A stretch of DNA of 62,929 nt, the filler included, from Octopus bimaculoides (Eukaryota), in the NCBI RefSeq assembly GCF_001194135.2. It is 4 parts of 4 records of this genome, joined end to end, with 100 filler letters (N's around TTAATTAATTAA, not from the genome) between each part and the next. Parts side by side here need not be neighbours in the genome. Positions count along the whole stretch, not along the records: positions 1 to 24,915 come from NC_068993.1; positions 25,016 to 43,071 come from NC_068987.1; 2 more parts are not named here. One strand, 5' to 3'. The notes below the pieces were generated by a model, which saw only the letters and a program-made list of their open reading frames with translations, searched no databases and was not told the DNA's origin. Of this stretch, positions 24,066 to 37,519 are shown one piece after another; position 1 is the first letter of the stretch, and each line of letters begins with the position of its first letter. A program made the position numbers and the translations under genes.

Positions 24066-24270
24066 ATCATCATCATCATCGTTTAACGTCCATTTCTCGT
24101 GCTAGCATGGGTTGGATGGTTCGACTGGGGTCTGCGAAGCCAGGAGGCTGCACCAGGCTCCAGTCTGATCTGGCAGTGTTTCTATAGCTAGATGACCTTC
24201 CAAATGCCAACCACTCTGTTAATGTAGTGTGTGCTTTTTACGTGCCACCGGCACAGGGGCCACAGGAGGA
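24066..24270 (-). mobile_element. Family D retroposon 3' part
   Basis: (CAT)n CGTTTAACGTCC...GCTAGCATGGGTTGG...TTTTTACGTGCCACCGGCAC. Confidence 0.8.
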
Positions 24271-24959
24271 CCAATTATAATAATCCAGACTCATTTTTTT
24301 TTCTCCGGACTTCTGGGACTGCATTACCTTGAGGGAGATTTCGCTCTATTTCTAGCATGATAAACAGACCTATGATTAAAAGCATTCAAGCTGTGATCAT
24401 TCTAAGACCATGTCATCCAATGGCTTTTTTAAAAACAAAACGTAGTAGGTTACAATTTAAGAAAGATTTGGCTGCCATTTTTAGCATATCTTGTGACGAC
24501 GTCGAGATCTAACTTCGGTGAGGACAGTGTTGTCTCCCTTGGTGTTCAACTTTATGAAAACGTTCTCTCATTGCAAGCTAGCATTTATTATTTATGTTGG
24601 TTTCTGGTAAAAGCAAACAAACTTGCATAATATATGAACCAAATAAACAACATAAACGTCAGATATTCCCGAGAGCTGAAAGACACGAATAAAATTTACA
24701 TTCCTGCTAGATCTTGCTAAACTTCTTTTAACCACTTGAAGTATTTCAAATTTTCGTCAAATTTTTTTTTTTCAAATTTTCTATATTTACGTCACTTCGT
24801 AGAAAAAATGAAATAAAGAAAATGAAATACGATTTTCGTCTTCAATATGCAAAACTAGATTGGTTAAAAATAATCTAGTAAAAATTTGAAATGATTCAAG
24901 TGGTCGGAAGAAATTNNNNNNNNNNNNNNNNNNNNNNNNNNNNNNNNNNNNNNNNNNNN

Positions 24960-24971
24960 TTAATTAATTAA
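24960..24971. other. Synthetic gap linker TTAATTAATTAA (also at 43116-43127 and 49435-49446)
   Basis: The same palindromic 12-mer, with a stop in all six frames, sits between two N runs three times. Confidence 0.85.
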
Positions 24972-25702
24972 NNNNNNNNNNNNNNNNNNNNNNNNNNNNN
25001 NNNNNNNNNNNNNNNTATATATATATATACACATATAGACATACCTACGGTGACCTATATATTAAGAAATAGGTATCTGAAAATTGTCCGTCTTGTTAAA
25101 CTACCTAGCCATTCTGATGTATTTTTTCTCTTAAAAAATAGACGAGGGGAATAAGGACAAATAATAGATCAATGTATTTTCACCTATTTTCCCAGAAATT
25201 AACTCACTAACATTTATATACATACACGCACACACACACACACACACACACATACGCACACACACATATACACACGTATATATATATTGATGTTAAATTT
25301 TGGCACAAGGCCAGAAATTTCGGTGAAGGAAATACGTCGATTACATCGATCCCAGTGTGCAGCTGGTACTTATTTCATCGACTTCAATAGTATCTCTTGA
25401 AAAAAAATTAGATCCTTCGTCAAGAATTACATACTGGTATGAATAATTACGACCAACAAAAATATACAAAGACCTTTCATAGCCAAAGCGAGAACGAACG
25501 AATTTTTGTTGTTCGTAATTATTCATACCAATATGTAATTCCTGACCAAGAATCTAGTTTTTATTTTAAGAAGAATTTTACTTTTTTGTATTTGGAATTA
25601 ATTTAGACTCCGAAACAATTAGCAGAATGTATATTGGTTCTGTACCAATCTGGATTATGAATTAAAGATCGTCAACACCTACAATCTTTCCTTTACTTAT
25701 AC

Positions 25703-25740
<38 letters not shown>

Positions 25741-25807
25741 ACACATACACACACACATACACACACTCACACACACACACACACACACACGTATAGGTTT
25801 CCGAATA

Positions 25808-26008
25808 CAGTAATCCCTCGCCATATCGCGGTTTATTATTTAAGCTTACGTCGATTCCTCCGTGGTGCTGTTTTGCATTTATAATAAAATAAATATATAT
25901 ACAAATTATAAAGATAAAAATAAATACAGTACTGTTTCTACTTCGCAGATTTTCACCTATCGCGGGCTGTTTTGGAACGTAACACCCGCGATAGTCGAGA
26001 GATTACTG
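25808..26008. mobile_element. Tigger/pogo-type MITE (201 bp)
   Basis: TA|CAGTAATCCCTCG...TATCGCGG at the left and CCGCGATA..CGAGAGATTACTG|TA at the right: terminal inverted repeats with a TA target duplication. Confidence 0.85.
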
Positions 26009-26740
26009 TAATGAAAAAAAAATTCCATCAGATTGATAGTATTGTCTCTAGAAGTATATATTTTTTGTTGTGTCGCCGCTCATGCCTAATCGAAATTTTG
26101 TGAAAAGATAGTTCTTTGGAAGAAAAGGCTCTCTCTCTCTGTGTTCAATGGATGTTGGTAGAATAGTACTAAAAGTTAACGCTTCTACATTTAAAATATT
26201 TTCCTCTTTTTGATTATGACTTGTTTTAGATAATAAGATAATTGAAAGCTTTTTTGTTTTCCATAGCTTCGTCAATTGTGGTTCTCAACTGGGGTCCATA
26301 TGACTTGGTGGCGGTGGTGGTGGTTAAGATTTTGTTGTTAACGTTTATGTGCGATAAGTTGGTTATATTTCTACAATACACAAAACGTTTAGACATTTTT
26401 CTAAACAATTCTTAATATTTAATCATAAAAATATAATAGCAGTTTTTGGACATCGAATGGTTATGAGCCTCGAGTTAAATAGGAGTCAAAGAGGTCTTCA
26501 GGTAAAAAGAAATAATTGAGAATCTCTGATTTAGACTCTGCAATGCGAACTTTTCTATTAATGGAATAGGGAAATTTAATTATCATGGTTCAAATTTGGA
26601 ATGAGTTGTAATGGATTCTTCTGACAAAGTGTTGAATTATATCAGTTTTTGAAAGGGCGAATCTCAAAGCAAATAAAGTTATAAAAAAAATCAGCGAGTC
26701 AATATTGGGTTTAAAAATCATTTCGATAGAATGAGCCAAC

Positions 26741-26805
26741 GGCTCCTTGTGGGACTGGAACCCACATTTCCTGTGAACATAACAAACATTCTACCATTGG
26801 ATTAA
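26741..26805 (-). pseudogene. tRNA-like relic (tRNA pseudogene or SINE head)
   Basis: Reverse complement reads TCCAATGGTAGA (box A-like)...GTGGGTTCCAGTCCCAC (T-arm/box B-like) AAGGAGCC; the 5' acceptor strand is not complementary. Confidence 0.35.
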
Positions 26806-27149
26806 ATAAAACATTCGAATTTCTCTACCAATTTTAGAAACTTGCTTATCTGCGAAAATTTATGTTGTTGATATCATACGAATTTATACCCTCCAACCTT
26901 TTCTATCCAATGTGTTTTTAACACAATATTTACTTGCTTTGTCTTTAGCTTTATTTGCTTCGAGTTACACCATTACAAAAGATAATTATTTCACATTCTT
27001 TGGAATTTATAAATTTGTATGACGTCAACTAATTGATGAATATTTTTTTCAAATGTTTTTGAGTAAAATTTTGGTAAAATAGAAATGCATTAATTATATC
27101 CAAAATTATAAGAGGACTATTTAAATACGTCGTGAATCCAATTAGGTTT

Positions 27150-28250
27150 TCATTCCCTTCATCTTTCAATTCTTTTCTTGACATATTCTCACTACGAGAG
27201 AGAGATTGATGTATTTTGTCCATTCAGATAGCTTAGAGTAAAAACAGTTTCTACCTTCTCCAGAGATCGCGGTTGCATAATGCCGATACAATGTAATGAA
27301 TATCATTAAATTCATCGCCTGAAAAATCGGGAGGTTGCCTCCCGACTTTTGTTGGTCACAACTTTTATGTCGTTCACAACTTTTGAACCACAGATATTAA
27401 AGAACAAAAATCGTTCTTACATGCCATATGAGTTACTTCATTAAGTTCAATTTGCCACAGATTGACTTATCTATTAACTACATTCATAACTTACAAATCT
27501 GCATCTTGATTGCCTTTCTCGAATCTGCCTTCAAATTCGTTGTCGTTGCCATCACTGGCGTTCTAAGAATTCTTAGTTAAATTTGCTTTATCATATTTTG
27601 GTTCAGTTTCTTTTGTAAAGAATATAACAAACGAAGCACATGTTCGTAACACTGTCGTTCTTAATTACCAAATTTAACCACGACATTTTCTTCATCGATT
27701 ACGACTGCAATTATAAATAAATAGTCGTATTAAGGTTTTGTTCTATAAGTTTCATCATTTTTTGCAGGTAAACATCCATAAATTCTGATTAATTCTAAAT
27801 TCCAGAATTTATCAGATGCGTGCACATTTACATTCAAATTTCTGTGATAGGAATTTATTTTAGAGTTCCTCTTTCTTTAAGCTATTTTGTAACTCACAAA
27901 AATTATTTCAAGCCATTGGTGTCGAATAAACTTTGTTAAATGAAAATCATTCTTTGGAAAAACAAAACTTTTATTGTGATTGCTCTTCTAATTAAATCTT
28001 TATCTAATGGATACATAGAAAATCCATCAACCTTAATTCTTTTCTGCAGTTTCTTGTGAATGATTTTTGAATTACGTGAAAGACCGTTTCTTGAACTACT
28101 CTAGCATTTTAAGATGGCATTGCAATTTATAATTAATTTTTATGTAATGCAGCCGGGAATTCCCGAGAAATAGAATATACAATTCCGCGAATTCTCGATT
28201 GCATTTTTAGTTACATTTCTTACGAATTCGGGACCTGTTAATCCAAACGA
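27150..28250 (-). pseudogene. hAT-superfamily transposase relic
   Basis: Minus-strand peptides VDGFSM..L.K.LIRRAI and RNLNVNVHASDKFWNLELIRIYGCLPA recall hAT transposase motifs (DGFS..; Y.N.NVH...F.NLGL.RI.GS.PA). Many stops and frameshifts; CGGGAATTCCCG subterminal-like motifs at ~28154. Confidence 0.55.
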
Positions 28251-28929
28251 AAAATGTCCAAATCTTGAATATGACACTTTGGCAGAAACCGCGCCGTTTC
28301 AAACTATTACTTACTGCTAACAAGATACTCGTTATTCTTGCACCATTGTTATTTAAAACGATAAGTTGTGCCTCCCTTGTAATGTCGCATATCTAGATGG
28401 ATTGTGTCGTATGAGAGTTAAAGGAGTTAAACCGTTGACACATTGGTAAGGTACGAATTGCTGCCACTTTATCTGCTGGCAGTTCAAACTAGGCTCCAAG
28501 AGCATATATATGATTGTTCAACCCGCTACAAATAGCAGCCAAATTTCTCTCTCATGTATTGCTTACTGTTTAGTTTCTGTATCAAATCTTTCCATCATTT
28601 ATCAAATCATACTAACAATCTGTAGGATTTTGTTTGTAAGGTTCTATTCCTGTCTGCTCTTCCAGCATACTTTTTTTCTGAATTCCTCGTATTTTCCTAC
28701 CATCTTTTCTTTATCTTCTCCCTTGTTCTAGGTTGATAACGAAATACTATCCAAACTGTCGATATTTCTTCTTTTCTTTCACTGCATAATCATATTGACT
28801 TTATACACTTTTTTGTCACCCCCCCCCCCAATTGATCTCTAAACTTGAACAAGAAAACAGAGTCTGCGCATTTCGTAGAACATTTCTGGCAGGAGTTAGC
28901 ACGAGAACGTTTGTTTTAAAATATTTTCA

Positions 28930-29109
28930 GGCGCAATCGTGGCTGAGTGATAGGTGGCTTGCTTCCCAACCACATGATTCCGAGTTCAGTCCCACTGCTT
29001 GGTTCCTTGGGCAAGTGTCTTCTATTATAGCCTCGGGCCGACCTTGTGTGTAGATTTGGTAGATGGAAACTGAAAGAAGCCCGTCGTGTACACACACACA
29101 CACAAAAAG

Positions 29110-29175
<66 letters not shown>

Positions 29176-29419
29176 ATATGTATATATCTCTGTGTGTATG
29201 TGTGTCTTTGTGTCTGTATTTGTTCCCCCATCACCGCTTGACAATTAGTATTGGTCTGTTTACGTCCCCCGTCATCTAGCGGTTCGGCAAAAGACACTGA
29301 TAGAATAAGTACTTAGGCTTAAAAAATGTCCTGGGATCAATTAATTCGACTAAAACCTTTCAAGGTGATGCTCCAGCATGGCCGCAGTCAAATGACTAAA
29401 ACAAGTAAAAGAATAAAGG
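28930..29419 (+). mobile_element. SINE family A, full length, with internal (CA)n/(TA)n/(TG)n microsatellite
   Basis: tRNA-like head with box B (GAGTTCAGTCC), CTTGGGCAAGTGTCTT core, internal microsatellite, CR1-type tail GCTCCAGCATGGCCGCAGTCAAATGACT.AAAC. Confidence 0.88.
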
Positions 29420-30490
29420 AATATTTAAAAATGGGGTGGTCACAGCTGGAACTTCTTTAATGATAGATCTGCTTGATCATAGTTTGCTTAGCTGTGTTTA
29501 AAAAACAACAAACAACAGCAGCTCCCTATTAAATTCGACTGAATGTAGCTTTCCCATATTATACACGACACAATAGTTTCTGTAAGCAGACAATGGGTTA
29601 TACATTCAACTACGTTCGTCTACTATCGATTCAGACACACCACGTAGTAGCATCCTGTAACAGCTGCACAATGCAAGTTCAACAACAATTGCAATATTGA
29701 ATTGTGTATGATTCTCGGCCGAATTAGCTTGTCATTAAATGCCTTTACAACACCACTTCCCTTTGAGATACCAGTACCAACGACTAACTGTGAAAATCTG
29801 TTGGAATGTATCAGTGAACATTGAACTTTACCAATTCATAAAGATACATTTTATGTCAAATTACTGTTTGAGCCTTGAAGGTAGAAACCGTTGCTTAGTT
29901 TTTCTTAAATGGATTTTTAAGGGTTTCAATGGTCTTACATTGGAATAAGGATAATAAATTTCATGCAGTTGTTTTATGTGATCACTCGCCATGTTAGAAA
30001 TAGTAGCCAAATTTCCCTGAGATATTGGGGGAAAATAAGAACACATTAGATAATGTGGTCCTAGATATATAAAAAAGAACGGGATGGCATGAGTTTGGTC
30101 AAAGACCTGTAGAATTAATGTTATTCTAGGGCTAAACTACAACAGCCTCCCTCCTCCTCCTCCTCCTCCTCCTCCTCCTCCTCCTCCTCCTCCTCCTCCC
30201 CCATCATCATCATCATCATCAACAACAAAACGACAACAACAACAGCATAACAAAAACTTGTATTAACAAGCCATCTAGGTGGTCTCTATGGAGTCACTCA
30301 ACCAGGTAGAAATAGCAGTCAAATCAACCTCAAATCATATCCTACTTTCTTACAAATGGAACGACACAGACTATGATATCTTTATAGATTGGTCTTAAAA
30401 AACAATTAAGGACAGGATGACACAGCTGCAATACGTTTTGTCATAGTTCTGTTCAATAAGAGCAAATCTGGGGCTGTTGCTGTTAACACC

Positions 30491-30496
<6 letters not shown>

Positions 30497-30562
<66 letters not shown>
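30497..30562. repeat. (ACT)n microsatellite
   Basis: Uninterrupted trinucleotide run visible in the sequence. Confidence 0.95.
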
Positions 30563-30564
<2 letters not shown>

Positions 30565-30868
30565 GTGCATGAAGCTTGAGAAAATAGTATTTATTAGTAT
30601 CGATCAGATGTCGATGTACCGATAATAGGATTTGCAGTTCGCATTCTGTTACTGATAGTGCTGCATTGTGGGAATTGCTCAAAAGCACTTACGTGTAAAA
30701 CAGTCCCGTCTAAATAAATGCTAATATGTACCACGGCTGGAGCCAACAATAATCTGGTGTCGAACTGATGGACACAACACAAAGTCGATCCTGTACCGGA
30801 GGTACTCCGTCAACGTAACAAGACGGGATCCGACTTCTATATATACACATAACCGCACGTACACACGC

Positions 30869-30921
<53 letters not shown>

Positions 30922-30976
30922 ATACACATATACATACATACATACATACATGTACATACATACATACATACATACA

Positions 30977-31007
<31 letters not shown>

Positions 31008-31544
31008 GTATATATATGCATTTATGCAGCTGAAGATAGCACTGCAATGTAATGATTGCATTGTTCAATTAAATGGAGTCGCTTGAAACGGTCGTACTGC
31101 ATTACTACTTCATATCCTGTTTGCTTATTTTGATATTTTGATTAAAGTATCTTTGGCCCGACGAGTAGCTAGCGGATTATCCCTCGTTTGGATAATTATT
31201 ACTTCCGAGGTTCTGCTAGCTATGAAATATATGTGGCCTGGATTTTATCTACTGCATTCCTTGATTTTGGAGTTTTATTCGTTAAGCTATAAAACAATGT
31301 TTTCAGCATATCGAACTTCGATATGGAAAAAATTTACAACCTTTTACGTCAATAAACGACAATAGTTCCTCAAAGTATTTTTTTCTTTATACGTTCTGCG
31401 GACTGCTCGAAGCTTACTTACTTCCTATACACATATACAACAAGCTTCTTTCAGTTTCCATCTATCGAATCCACTCAGAAAGATAGCAGAAGACATTTGC
31501 TCAATGAACTGAATACGGAGCTAGTTGGACAATCTGCGGTTATT

Positions 31545-32000
31545 CACTAAAAGACAGAGCTTATGACGCCGACCTATTTAGCATGTGTAAGATTGGTGGA
31601 ATCGAGAGCTGCCTTATGCAGTCGCAATTGCGCTTGGTCGGCCATGACGTCAGAAGGAGTGCAGAAAGAATACGCAAAGTCCTTATGTACAGCTAGCTTG
31701 ATAGGTACATGAATGTTAGTCGACCATGGCTCAAATATATGGACAAGCTGAAGGGTAACCTGTCAACATTGAAGATAACTCACACCTTTGAACGAACAGC
31801 CTTGGAGTGAACAAAATGAAGATAGTTGTGTCAAAATGGTATTAGAAACTTTGTTGCAACCAGCATTAACAGGCATAAGAGTTCAAGGCAAAGGAGAAAA
31901 GCGGCTGCAAATATACCACCTGCACTGACCTATAATTCTCATACTTGCAACATCTTTGTTGCATCTTTGTTGCATGGGCATCTTTGCAAATCGCTGGCGG
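31545..32000 (+). pseudogene. RTE (BovB-like) LINE 3' relic
   Basis: Translation GIESCLMQSQLRLVGHDVR...RPWLKYMDKLKGNL...FERTALE...RQRRKAA...HTCNI matches the RTE ORF C-terminus (QLRW.GHV.R, KRYKD.LK, terminal Cys-containing finger). Confidence 0.75.
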
Positions 32001-32773
32001 AACTTAAATGTCACGTTCGACATAAGCATTGTGACTGACAAAGAAAGAGTAGGTTGTCAGATACTCATACGTCCAAGCCGAATGCTGCTGACAGTGACTT
32101 CAAAGTTTCAGCCAGCTAAGCCATCGTCGAATATATATAGTCTCTGTTGAGTTTAAATCCTCTTTGGGTTTGCAGATTTTTTATGAACGCATGCACGTAC
32201 GTGTGTTCTTGTACAAAACACTATTTCATAACAACCAACCGTAAAAACCTAATTACCACCTCACTCAAGCCCACACATTCAAGATGATTTTACCTCAAAA
32301 AAAAGACTATATAAAGGCAAAACTAACTCTAATGTACCGCAGTTCAACGATGGCTTAGCTAACCGAGACATCGAAGTGACTGTCAACGATATTCACGTTT
32401 AAGAATTATAAATTTTTGCTCTACAAATGTATAAAGTAACATGATTTTTATTATAACTGAACATAAAAACAAACATTAACATATATGAATGTTTAAATAT
32501 AAAGGCACGTGAAAAAGTAATTTAGAAGAGTAAACATTTAGAAATATAAATATGGTAGTTTACGAAAGAGGAATTTGTAATGAAATGCCATTCTGCGACT
32601 ATCATTTTTCTCTTCCTTGTTTTTATAACAAATGTCTTATTTTCTACGAGGCTACCTTCTTATATTAACTACGTCGTGCGCTTAAGAAATGAAAACAGTA
32701 AACTTGCAATAATAATGTTTAATAACCAATGTTTAAGCAATAACCTATTTGTTTCACTATACTCATAAAGCTT

Positions 32774-33156
32774 GCGGAGGCGCAATGGCCCAGTGGTTAG
32801 GGCAGCAAACTCGCGGTCATAGGGTCGCAGTTTCGATTCCCAGACCGGGCATTGTGAGTGTTTATTGAGCGAAAACACCTAAAACTCCACGAGGCTCCGG
32901 CAGCGGATGGTGGCGAACCCTGCTGTACTCTTCCACCACAACTTTCTCTCACTCTTACTTCCTGTTTCTGTTGTGCCTGTAATTCAAAGGGTCAGCCTTT
33001 TCACACTGTCTCACGCTGAATATCCCCGAGAACTACGTTAAGGGTACACGTGTCTGTGGAGTGCTCAGCCACTTGCACGTTAATTTCACGAGCAGGCTGT
33101 TCCGTTGATCGGATCAACTGGAACCCTCGATGTCGTAAGCGACGGAGTGCCAACAG
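32774..33156 (+). mobile_element. tRNA-derived SINE family C, full length with 12-bp TSD
   Basis: Box A TGGCCCAGTGG, box B-like GTTTCGATTCC; flanked by the direct repeat CTCATAAAGCTT (32762-32773 and 33157-33168). Confidence 0.92.
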
Positions 33157-33828
33157 CTCATAAAGCTTATTTCTGTACATTCCGGGTTTCATTTTGTTTC
33201 TATTTTAATTCCACAGCTATATGATCTTAAAGCAAAAGATCACCATGATATTTCTAAAACAAATCATCAACGTCGTGTGTGTGTGTGTGTGTGTGTGTTT
33301 ATATGATTGAGAAACATTGAAGAGAGAAATTTAGTGTGTGTATGAATTTTTATAAAATATAATATAATCAACACAGATAATAATTTTATTTTCAACTGTT
33401 TTTCCTTTTTCAACGTAAACTATTAAATGAAAACGTATTTCCACAATATGTATACTAAATTATCTACATATATGCATATGTGTATGTGCTATTCATGTCT
33501 TTTCATATTCTTAGACTGTCGTATGTACCAGCTCATATCTTTCACATCATACTTACATGTATGTACGTATTTAACCGCAAATCAATCCATCACAGCTCCT
33601 ATCATAATTACTCGGTCATTTACACACTCACCTCCTCTTTCTCCACTACCTTCTCGTGCTCTCTATCTACGATTTTTCTCTCTCACTACGTGTAGCGTTC
33701 CTTTACTCATTGTCTGCTACCAAACCTATTGTGTACACTCATTCTGCACTTATTATGTTAATTCTCTCTGTATCTCTCTTTTATTCCCTCTTTCTTTCTC
33801 TTTCCCGTACGATGTAAAGCGTGAATGG

Positions 33829-33975
33829 AGAAACCAACCAACCAGCCAACCAACCAACCAACCAACCAACCAGCCAACCAGCCAACCAACCAACCAACCA
33901 ACCAACCAACCAACCAACCGACCGACCAACCAACCAACCAGCCAGTCAACCAACCAACTAACCAACCGACCAAGT
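33829..33975. repeat. (AACC)n tetranucleotide repeat
   Basis: Long AACC run with AGCC/GACC variants. Confidence 0.95.
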
Positions 33976-34229
33976 ATTCGATTTTGGGGCGAAATTTTAT
34001 ATATTATGTAACTAAAAAGATTATGAAACAGCTGTAATCGAACGGAATAAACACCTTCTCTCTCACCTCACTTCTATTATCCGCTAAATTTCTACACATT
34101 CTCTCCATCATTGTTTATCATTGATTTTTCAGAAGGACGTCAAGGTGTACCTTAACCTCAGCTACGGTCATTCTTGTTAGCCACTTGGCAGAGAGATTAG
34201 TGTGAGATCTGTTTGATTCTTCTAGTCCT

Positions 34230-34277
<48 letters not shown>

Positions 34278-36017
34278 ACAAACACACACACACACACGCA
34301 CACATACACGCACACACACATACGCACGCACACACACACACACACACAAAAACACGTTTATACAAGGAATTAAAGACACTCCTCCAGGCAGGATATAACA
34401 AACTACTTGTTCTCATGGTCATTGTTGGTTTGTCAGCAATACATACATACATACATACATACATACATACATTCATACATACATTCATCCATACATACAT
34501 GCATACATACATATATATAAATATATCAAAAATTTAAATAAGAGTTTTGACGCTAATATCCATTTATATTAAAGTTTATTACCTATGTCAACATTTCCTA
34601 TGTCAACGAATATATATAACTATAGATATAAATACACATATACACAGACACAACTCCACCCACACACACATATGTGTGTAACCTGATTTTTCAATATCCA
34701 GGTAAACGATACAAGCACAATCAAGCATGCTGCTTTTATTTGAATGCAGTTTTCGTTGTATTTGCTGCATTGAAAGTCATAAAAGTTCGCGCCAAAATGA
34801 AACATACTCCTACGCAGCCATACCTGTCTAACCTTTTAATTAATAACTGTCTCTTCAGGCATGTATCACTGTCTGTTTAACTATATGTTTGCGTGTTTCA
34901 ATGTGTGTGGAAGGATGTGTTTATTTATATTATATATACGTATATATATTTTTACATATAGTAATGTGCAATTATGGTTGCACCATATTTTAATATGCGT
35001 ATATATATANNNNNNNNNNNNNNNNNNNNNNNNNNNNNNNNNNNNNNNNNNNNNNNNNNNNNNNNNNNNNNNNNNNNNNNNNNNNNNNNNNNNNNNNNNN
35101 NNNNNNNNNNNNNNNNNNNNNNNNNNNNNNNNNNNNNNNNNNNNNNNNNNNNNNNNNNNNNNNNNNNNNNNNNNNNNNNNNNNNNNNNNNNNNNNNNNNN
35201 NNNNNNNNNNNNNNNNNNNNNNNNNNNNNNNNNNNNNNNNNNNNNNNNNNNNNNNNNNNNNNNNNNNNNNNNNNNNNNNNNNNNNNNNNNNNNNNNNNNN
35301 NNNNNNNNNNNNNNNNNNNNNNNNNNNNNNNNNNNNNNNNNNNNNNNNNNNNNNNNNNNNNNNNNNNNNNNNNNNNNNNNNNNNNNNNNNNNNNNNNNNN
35401 NNNNNNNNNNNNNNNNNNNNNNNNNNNNNNNNNNNNNNNNNNNNNNNNNNNNNNNNNNNNNNNNNNNNNNNNNNNNNNNNNNNNNNNNNNNNNNNNNNNN
35501 NNNNNNNNNNNNNNNNNNNNNNNNNNNNNNNNNNNNNNNNNNNNNNNNNNNNNNNNNNNNNNNNNNNNNNNNNNNNNNNNNNNNNNNNNNNNNNNNNNNN
35601 NNNNNNNNNNNNNNNNNNNNNNNNNNNNNNNNNNNNNNNNNNNNNNNNNNNNNNNNNNNNNNNNNNNNNNNNNNNNNNNNNNNNNNNNNNNNNNNNNNNN
35701 NNNNNNNNNNNNNNNNNNNNNNNNNNNNNNNNNNNNNNNNNNNNNNNNNNNNNNNNNNNNNNNNNNNNNNNNNNNNNNNNNNNNNNNNNNNNNNNNNNNN
35801 NNNNNNNNNNNNNNNNNNNNNNNNNNNNNNNNNNNNNNNNNNNNNNNNNNNNNNNNNNNNNNNNNNNNNNNNNNNNNNNNNNNNNNNNNNNNNNNNNNNN
35901 NNNAGATAAATATGATAAAAGTAATAAAGGAGGTTTACATAAGTGAAAAAGTTCAAAAGTTTTATACGTCGTGGTATATTGCGGCGATTTCAAATCAGTA
36001 GATAGGTCCAGTGTAAT

Positions 36018-36585
36018 CCGTGGGTAGGAGAGGTGCAGCCGGAGAGTGTAGAGTTCAGAATAAAACATATGTATGTATATGTATGTATATATATGTATAT
36101 GTATGTATATATACATATATATATATGTATATATATACATATATATGTATATATGTAGTTTTCGATCTACCTGTGCCTCTTTCTCCCTTTGGTGTTCATT
36201 TGAAAGCTGCTTTATCATGGTGTTGTTCTGGTAACCGGAGTATGTGACTAGCTAGTTTTAACCATCGTTCTGTGATGATTACTGATTCTTTTTAGANNNN
36301 NNNNNNCCGTGGGTAGGAGAGGTGCAGCCGGAGAGTGTAGAGTTCAGAATAAAACATATGTATGTATATGTATGTATATATATGTATATGTATGTATATA
36401 TACATATATATATATGTATATATATACATATATATGTATATATGTAGTTTTCGATCTACCTGTGCCTCTTTCTCCCTTTGGTGTTCATTTGAAAGCTGCT
36501 TTATCATGGTGTTGTTCTGGTAACCGGAGTATGTGACTAGCTAGTTTTAACCATCGTTCTGTGATGATTACTGATTCTTTTTAGA
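36018..36585. repeat. 279-bp exact tandem duplication across a short N gap (probable assembly artefact)
   Basis: 36018-36296 is repeated at 36307-36585, separated only by Ns. Confidence 0.85.
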
Positions 36586-37519
36586 ATGTCTTATTTATTT
36601 GGTAACGTGGTCTTGCCAGTACATTCTCAAGCACCGTGAAAATCGACAGAAACTTAGATGTGACCTGACGTAGATTTGAGATAGATTTGGCTGCTATTTT
36701 TATCAAGTCAGAGACCCTTTAGAGGTTCTACATTGGCTTTTTAATTTTATTTACATTTAAAATTTATGTGACATAAAAAAAAAATTGGTGTTTGTATTCG
36801 CTTGGATTACATTCCTGGCAATAAAAGCTTGTTTTTCAGTTAATGTGCTTGAGAATATGATGAAGACAAAGAAGACGTCTTAGGTGAGTTGTTAACTTCC
36901 CAGTCATACCTCATTAATATCACAATGAAGTTAGAGAGACGTCACGCAGCTGCAGTTAACTTCACAATAAATGGGAAGCCTCGTATTTCTGAATGTAATC
37001 AATATAAAATGACTATACACTAACAGTACAATGCACATCATGCACACACACACATGATTGTGCCCACGCCGCATAATTCGCTCACAATCACTTTCGCGCG
37101 TTTTCCACTTCTTTAGCAGCCGGCTGTTACAATGCCTGTGCATTGAGTTATTTCGCGGCTCCTGTCGAACATTTTTCACTCCGCCGAAGTAAGTTTAGTG
37201 TGTCACCGGATTAACTGAGAAACCGCTACTTGGTCGCTCGACATGCAAGAAATAACATCCAAGTTTTCCCTCGCACCATACTGTGATATTTTATGAAATG
37301 TGACCTTGTATGATGTGGCATTGAGTTACCTATACATAGGTAAAACAGGCAGTTCACAGCTGGTATACCTTTGACCATAGAAAGTTCTGATCATCCTTGG
37401 AAGATCTAGGGCTGATTAAGAGAAAGAAAGCAAAAAAGCAACAACAAAAAATAAAAACACTAACAGCAATCTTATAAGTATTTCGAGTTTGTTCGACAAC
37501 AGGCCAGGTACCTTTCGTA

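Noticed and set aside
32779-32855. Bona fide tRNA genes at SINE heads (also 55370-55432 and the family A/B heads)
   Set aside because: They continue into SINE bodies, lack a paired acceptor stem, and one has TSDs.
33427-34037. QPTN-repeat and WLVG-repeat ORFs
   Set aside because: Translations of the (AACC)n microsatellite.
36018-36585. Biological tandem duplication
   Set aside because: Identical copies separated only by about 10 Ns are typical of unmerged contig overlaps.
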